Assembly (NCBI GenBank): GCA_016699205.1
Contig: CP064964.1
Coordinates: 420,001 to 452,000 of the forward strand
DNA: 32,000 bases
Source: Candidatus Saccharimonadota bacterium
GTDB taxonomy: Bacteria > Patescibacteriota > Patescibacteriia > 2-12-FULL-60-25
Direction: 5' to 3'
Part shown: positions 27,531 through 32,000 of the stretch, piece after piece
Layout: the number at the start of each line of letters is the position of its first letter
Numbering within the stretch: position 1 is the first letter of the stretch
Made by a program: the position numbers and the translations under genes
The notes under the pieces: model-generated
What the model was told of the DNA's origin: nothing
What the model saw: only the letters and a program-made list of their open reading frames with translations
Database searches by the model: none

Positions 27531-28358
27531 ATGGCCGTCACAACAAAAAGAAAAGTTACTGCAAAGAAAGAAACAACAACCGTGAGACGCGAGCGATTGC
27601 GATTACGCGATTGGATGCTTTTCTGGATTTTGGTACTCGCGAATGTCGCACTTGTGTGTGCGATTTTTGGGAATATCGATGTGAATACGTTGAAGCCAGC
27701 TGGTATGGGAAATGAGGACGGGCAATCGAACCAGACGATGAGAGAGAGCGAGCTTGAAGCACAAGTCGCTGTACTTGAAGGAGATCTGAGCCGACTGCAG
27801 AAAGATTTAGAGACGCGGCCTATTAGCAGTACTGGGTACACTCAATCCGGTAATTATGACTTTGACCAGGAGTGCTACGCTCCCGACTCTGAAGCTGCGC
27901 CGGGTGCAGCCGAGACGTATATTCCTTACAGAGATCCGAAGACCTCGGTTTTATTTAATGTCCCATATAACTTTTCTTGGGGAACAACGAATTGTCCTCC
28001 GGTTCAAATTCAGTTTGATGGAGAACAGGATGTGATCTCGTTTGGCCCATCTGTGGGGGGCGAAGGTGGTGAGGCGCGTGACTCAGGTCTTCGAATCTCT
28101 GCCGCGACAACGACCGCTGCTGCACTTGCAGGCGCTCGTATAGAGCTTACCGGATCTGAAACCTCCGATTCATCTATCAGACAGCGCACGATAAATGGAT
28201 TAGCCGTATATAGTTATAGAATTGAATATGGACTTGGTGGCGGGCTTAACATCTGGCTAGCGGTGGGTAGAAACTATACGTATCGATTGAGTTCTAACTC
28301 TTGGCTCACGGACGCAGAAGCCATCAAAATCATTCAAAGCCTGCGCGTAACGAAGTAA
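27531..28358 (+). CDS. hypothetical membrane-anchored extracytoplasmic protein
   Basis: MAVTTKRKVTAKKETTTVRRERLRLRDW (basic), TM helix MLFWILVLANVALVCAIFG, a short coiled segment, then a ~170-aa globular domain. -10-like TATAGT/TATTAT at 27509-27517 lies 13 nt before the ATG. Confidence 0.55.
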   Translation: MAVTTKRKVTAKKETTTVRRERLRLRDWMLFWILVLANVALVCAIFGNIDVNTLKPAGMGNEDGQSNQTMRESELEAQVAVLEGDLSRLQKDLETRPISSTGYTQSGNYDFDQECYAPDSEAAPGAAETYIPYRDPKTSVLFNVPYNFSWGTTNCPPVQIQFDGEQDVISFGPSVGGEGGEARDSGLRISAATTTAAALAGARIELTGSETSDSSIRQRTINGLAVYSYRIEYGLGGGLNIWLAVGRNYTYRLSSNSWLTDAEAIKIIQSLRVTK

Positions 28359-28361
28359 AAC

Positions 28362-28389
28362 AAAAACGCTCCCTCTCGGGAGCGTTTTT
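28362..28389. terminator. bidirectional intrinsic terminator between convergent genes
   Basis: aaaaacgctccc tctc gggagcgttttt: a perfect 12-bp stem with A-run and T-run flanks. It lies between the stop at 28356-28358 (+) and the rplL stop at 28397 (-). Confidence 0.85.
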
Positions 28390-28396
28390 ATGTCGA

Positions 28397-28789
28397 TTAT
28401 TTCAGGTTGACCTTTCCACCTGCTTCCTCGATCTTCTTCTTCATCTCCTCGGCTTCCGCCTTGGCGACGTTTTCCTTGATGACCTTTGGGGCGCCGTCGA
28501 CCATGTCCTTGGCTTCCTTCAAGCCAAGACCAGTGATTTCACGAACGACCTTGATCACGGCGATCTTGTTTCCACCGGCTTCAGCGAGCTCGATGTTAAA
28601 GACAGACTTCTCTTCTGCAGCGGCGGCACCAGCGCCAGCGGCCATCATGACCGGAGCGGCGGCGGAGACACCGAATTTGTCCTCGAGGAGCTTCACGAGT
28701 TCAGCGAGCTCGATGACCGTCAACTTCTCGATGGAATCGACGAGTCCCTGGAACTTGGCCGGGACTTCGACCTGTTTCATTTCAGACAT
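28397..28789 (-). CDS. rplL: 50S ribosomal protein L7/L12
   Basis: 130 aa. N-terminal dimerisation helix, Ala-rich hinge ([19 protein letters not shown]), and C-domain [53 protein letters not shown]. Confidence 0.96.
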   Translation of the reverse strand: MSEMKQVEVPAKFQGLVDSIEKLTVIELAELVKLLEDKFGVSAAAPVMMAAGAGAAAAEEKSVFNIELAEAGGNKIAVIKVVREITGLGLKEAKDMVDGAPKVIKENVAKAEAEEMKKKIEEAGGKVNLK

Positions 28790-28812
28790 AATAAGTGGAT
28801 ACGTTGTTGGGA

Positions 28813-29466
28813 TTAGGCGGCAGGGGCATCGGTAGCAGGCGCGGCTTCTGGAGCCGGAGCTTCAGGAGCTGGGGCTTCTGCGGCAGGAGCTTCTTCTGCT
28901 TTTGGAGCTTCCGCAGGGGCGGCAGCTTCCTCGGCTTTTGGAGCTTCGGCGACAGGAGCGGGAGTCGGGGCGGGCGTACCAGCTTCTTTCTGTTCGCGGT
29001 AAGCGTTCAGAAGGCGGGCAAACGCACCAGCAGGACCATTGAGGACGTAGAGAAGCTGGGTGAGCAACTGGGCCTTGGATGGCAGCTTGGAGAGCTGCGT
29101 GATGTAGGCCTGGTCGACTACCTGTCCGTCAAAGATACCGCCAACCAATTTGATCGGCTGATCTTTTCCGGCGTCTCCGATGAGCTTGGACGGAGCCATC
29201 TCATCTTTCGTCGCCACGGCAACGCCGAGCATACCTGGGAGGGACTTGAAGTTGACGTCGAAGCCAGCTTCTTTGGCGGCAATCGTCAGCAAGGTTTTCT
29301 TGGCGACAATATATTCCACGCCCTCGGCATGCATCTTTTTGCGCAACGCCGTGATGTTCTGCACCGACATTCCCTGGTAATCCGAGAAGGCAGCGGACTT
29401 GGCGCCTTTGAGGGCGGAGACAAGACCGGCTACGGCCTCAGACTTTTGAGAACGTGTTTTGGGCAT
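28813..29466 (-). CDS. rplJ: 50S ribosomal protein L10 with ~55-aa Ala/Pro/Glu-rich C-terminal extension
   Basis: [45 protein letters not shown]...VAKKTL is a canonical L10 N-domain. The tail is [54 protein letters not shown]. Confidence 0.9.
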   Translation of the reverse strand: MPKTRSQKSEAVAGLVSALKGAKSAAFSDYQGMSVQNITALRKKMHAEGVEYIVAKKTLLTIAAKEAGFDVNFKSLPGMLGVAVATKDEMAPSKLIGDAGKDQPIKLVGGIFDGQVVDQAYITQLSKLPSKAQLLTQLLYVLNGPAGAFARLLNAYREQKEAGTPAPTPAPVAEAPKAEEAAAPAEAPKAEEAPAAEAPAPEAPAPEAAPATDAPAA

Positions 29467-29664
29467 AACCGAATAAAAAGACTTGAATTACTTGGTTAAC
29501 GGACTGCCGTTAAACAAAACGACCACAGAGACTATGTCCTGTGGTCGTGCTTCAAACCCTAAAATTAGGCTTTGTTGCGCGGGCCTCGGCAGGGCCGTGG
29601 GCGATTTCTCGCGACACGATTTAGGTCTTGGTGACCCCTGCTTTCTCAGGACTCAGCGATCGTT
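29467..29664 (-). promoter_or_regulatory. ~195-nt rplJ 5' leader containing a terminator-like attenuator hairpin (L10-leader-like)
   Basis: Minus strand carries acgaccacag gacatagtct ctgtggtcgt followed by TTTTGTTT (plus-strand 29517-29549), and a second hairpin ttaacgg cagt ccgttaa (about 29498-29515). Both lie between the predicted promoter and the ATG at 29466. Confidence 0.5.
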
Positions 29665-29670
29665 GGCCCA

Positions 29671-29699
29671 AGATTAGCCAAAGCCGCCGAGTCCGTCAA
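29671..29699 (-). promoter_or_regulatory. candidate sigma70-type promoter of rplJL
   Basis: Minus strand reads TTGACG (29694-29699), a 17-nt spacer gactcggcggctttggc, then TAATCT (29671-29676). Confidence 0.5.
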
Positions 29700-29702
29700 G
29701 GC

Positions 29703-30050
29703 TTAGGCTCCGTCGGTAATAAGGACGTTTACGAGCCAGCCGTAGATCGATAAGGCCAAGGCTCCCCAGAAGGCCGGACCAAAGCCAGCAACCGTGAAAC
29801 CAGGTACCAACCAAGCAGCGAGACCAAAGCAGGCAGCGTTCACAATGAGCGAGAACAAGCCGAGTGTCAGGATCGTGATCGGAAGGGCGAGGACTTGCAG
29901 GACCGGACGCACCAAAGCGTTCACGAGACCGATAATCAAAGCGGCGATGAGCGCTACCCAAAAGCTGGCGACAGCGACACCGGGAACCAAGTACGCGACG
30001 AGCATGACGCCGAGCGCGGTCAGGACCAAACGGGCAATGAGTTGAATCAT
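29703..30050 (-). CDS. small 4-TM membrane protein, phage-holin-4_2/DUF360 (YvlD-like) family
   Basis: 115 aa. LTALGVMLVAYLVPGVAV.SFWVALIAALIIGLVNALVRPVLQVLALPITILTLGLFSLIVNA is the pattern typical of this family. Confidence 0.7.
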   Translation of the reverse strand: MIQLIARLVLTALGVMLVAYLVPGVAVASFWVALIAALIIGLVNALVRPVLQVLALPITILTLGLFSLIVNAACFGLAAWLVPGFTVAGFGPAFWGALALSIYGWLVNVLITDGA

Positions 30051-30062
30051 ATGTTTGTATGG

Positions 30063-30260
30063 TTAAGAATTTTTAATTTCTTTAATGCGGTTTTCTGCTT
30101 CATCGAGTTTTGCCTTGAGTTCTTTGGCGAGCTCTGAGGCGCGCTCATAGCGCTTCATTCCTTCATCGAGATCGGGCTCCCCTTCTTCAAACCAGGAAGC
30201 AATCTGTTCCAGCTCGGCGAAGGCTTTGGCAAAGTCGATATCTGATTTCTTTTTAGCCAT
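30063..30260 (-). CDS. xseB: exodeoxyribonuclease VII small subunit
   Basis: 65 aa. DFAKAFAELEQIASWFEEGEPDLDEGMKRYERASELAKELKAKLDEAENRI. It lies directly downstream of xseA (3-nt gap). Confidence 0.88.
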   Translation of the reverse strand: MAKKKSDIDFAKAFAELEQIASWFEEGEPDLDEGMKRYERASELAKELKAKLDEAENRIKEIKNS

Positions 30261-30263
30261 AAT

Positions 30264-31379
30264 TTAGATGAGTTTTCCTTGCTTCCCTTCAATCATGGCA
30301 CCAGTCTCGCCATCGCGCAAACCGATCGTAATGGGCATACCTGGCTTCAATTGGGCGACGGCGGAGAGAATATTTCCCTGCGTATCGCGCACGATGGCAA
30401 AGCCGCGCTTGAGAATTGCTTCCGGATTAAATGAAGAGACGAGTCGCAAGAGCGAGGCAACGCGCTGACGGAATATCTCGAGCCATCGCTCGGCTCCTAA
30501 CGTCGCACGCTCGATGATTTCACGGCCGTCGTCGATCTTTTGCAAAAGCGATTCACCAATCCCCTGCTCGAGTGTGGCGATCTCGTAGAGAACGTCGCGG
30601 CGGTCGGGAACGAGGCGGCGGGCGGCGTCGGTTGGCGTTGAGCCGCGGACATCGGCAGCTTCTTCTACCAACGTCGTATCACGCTCGTGACCAATGGCAG
30701 CGAGAACGGGGAATTTTGATGCGTAGACGGCGCGGACGACACGTTCATCGTTAAAAGCCATCAGCTCTTCGAGCGAACCGCCGCCACGTGTAATGACAAT
30801 AGCATCGTATGGTCCGTTCTTTTGTGCGCGTTCGATGCAGTTCACGACGGAGTCCGGCGCTTTCTCGCCTTGGACGACCGCGTGATAGAGATCGATCTCG
30901 AGACCGCGCCAGCGTTCTTCCACGATGCGTACGAAGTCGCCGTATGCAGCGCTTTCTCGCGAAGCAACGAGGGCGATACGTTGCGGGAAGCGAGCAAGTT
31001 GGCGTTTTCGAGACGGATCAAACAAGCCTTCAGCCTCGAGTTTAGCGCGTAGCATCGCCAAGGCTTTTTGGAGGGCGCCTTCACCGACGAGCTCGACACG
31101 ATCGGCGCTGAAGGAGAATTTTCCGTACTTGGGATAGATACGCGGGAAACCGTAGAGGCGGACGCGCATGCCGTCGGCGAGCGGGAGGTTGAGTTTTCCG
31201 AGAACCATAAAGACGGAGACGAGGGCATCGGCGTCTTTCACGTTAAAATTCACCCATTGTCCTTGCGAGACACGGAACTCACTTACTTCTCCTTCCAATG
31301 CGACGAGGGTCGGGTCCCAAATCGCTTTGAAGGTATCGTTGGCATAGGTGACGAATTGGCTAACGGTCAGTACTTGCAT
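30264..31379 (-). CDS. xseA: exodeoxyribonuclease VII large subunit
   Basis: N-terminal OB fold (VALEGEVSEFRVS.GQWVNFNVKD). Catalytic core: RIALVASRESAAYGDF, ITRGGGSLEELMAFNDERV, IGHERDTTLVE.AAD.RGSTPT. Confidence 0.92.
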   Translation of the reverse strand: MQVLTVSQFVTYANDTFKAIWDPTLVALEGEVSEFRVSQGQWVNFNVKDADALVSVFMVLGKLNLPLADGMRVRLYGFPRIYPKYGKFSFSADRVELVGEGALQKALAMLRAKLEAEGLFDPSRKRQLARFPQRIALVASRESAAYGDFVRIVEERWRGLEIDLYHAVVQGEKAPDSVVNCIERAQKNGPYDAIVITRGGGSLEELMAFNDERVVRAVYASKFPVLAAIGHERDTTLVEEAADVRGSTPTDAARRLVPDRRDVLYEIATLEQGIGESLLQKIDDGREIIERATLGAERWLEIFRQRVASLLRLVSSFNPEAILKRGFAIVRDTQGNILSAVAQLKPGMPITIGLRDGETGAMIEGKQGKLI

Positions 31380-32000
31380 GCGAAAAGGTTAGCACACCAG
31401 ATCGGATTTGTTCTGCCAGCTCTTTATCGGAAATTTTTACCAAAGCCTCGAGTCTCTTAGCCCGTTCCTCCCCTTCAACGATGCGCGGCTGGCTTGCATC
31501 GATCTGTAATGGGATTGGCTTGATGATGACGCGTTCTCCGAGCTCGATCTCAACGGCCATCCCTTGTCGCGTTCCAATCGACCAGTCTTGATCGAAAACA
31601 AAATTGCCCAGCGACCAGACAATCGGCTTGCCTTTGTAGCTCGAGATTCCCTGAACCCAATGCGGGTGTGCGCCGATCACGATATCGACACCGTTATCGA
31701 TAAACCAATGGGCGAGCTCGACATTTGAGACGTCCGGTTTGTCGCGATACTCGTTGCCCCAATGCATGTAGACGATCACGGTATCGGCCTGTTGCTTGGC
31801 GAGCTCGATCGACTGAAGCGCGGCCGTGCGATCGACGGGGTTATCCGTGTTGTTAAACCCAAGAAACGCGAGGCGTGTCGCGTGAAGCGTGGTTGTCGCG
31901 AGAGAAATCGCATCATCTTTTACTTGGTGGCCAAAAACAAGGAAGCCGGCGCCACGGAGACGATGGACGGAATCTTCATAGCCGAGATTGCCTTGGTCGA
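31360..32000 (-). CDS. CapA-family (PGA_cap metallophosphatase-like) protein, C-terminal part; 5' end outside window
   Basis: The frame stays open from 31779 to the window edge (my hand translation: ...DQGNLGYEDSVHRLRGAGFLVFGH...ADTVIVYMHWGNEY...). VDIVIGAHPHWVQG and the MHWGNEY block are typical of CapA. 20-nt overlap with the xseA start. Confidence 0.8.
   Translation of the reverse strand, partial: DQGNLGYEDSVHRLRGAGFLVFGHQVKDDAISLATTTLHATRLAFLGFNNTDNPVDRTAALQSIELAKQQADTVIVYMHWGNEYRDKPDVSNVELAHWFIDNGVDIVIGAHPHWVQGISSYKGKPIVWSLGNFVFDQDWSIGTRQGMAVEIELGERVIIKPIPLQIDASQPRIVEGEERAKRLEALVKISDKELAEQIRSGVLTFSHASTDR

Noticed and set aside
28795-29499. 234-aa plus-strand ORF antisense to rplJ
   Set aside because: It is the shadow of the low-complexity GC-rich L10 tail and body. 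The minus frame is unambiguous L10.

Overview
The window looks like a compact bacterial chromosome segment, mostly transcribed on the minus strand. Gene content and style suggest a Patescibacteria/CPR-like genome, but that is inference only: DUF4012 protein, short TsaB, TrmB-like regulator, many glycosyltransferases, ATGA or 1-nt gene junctions. Recognisable housekeeping genes are queA (partial), mreB, rplJ-rplL with a leader/attenuator, xseA-xseB and a partial CapA-family gene. Two blocks of envelope-glycan genes are present: GT4, GT4 and an O-antigen-ligase-like gene at 6.2-10.0 kb; GT4, DUF4012, two GT2 and a QxxRW processive GT2 at 16.2-23.9 kb. Between them, at about 10.04-15.46 kb, sits the most unusual part of the window. 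It is a sharply GC-richer island with two paralogous Cys-rich lipoproteins built from CxxxDxDCDG (MopE-type putative metal-binding) modules. These are followed by two orphan ~440-nt transcription units, each with a TTGACA-17-nt promoter and an intrinsic terminator. One unit looks like a structured ncRNA and the other may encode an 86-89 aa protein. I saw no integrase, transposase, tRNA or CRISPR array anywhere. A second notable object is an SF2 helicase whose C-terminus is four tandem 57-60 aa repeats with an 84-nt perfectly identical DNA block. All calls rest on reading the sequence and ORF translations by eye; no database search or folding program was run.
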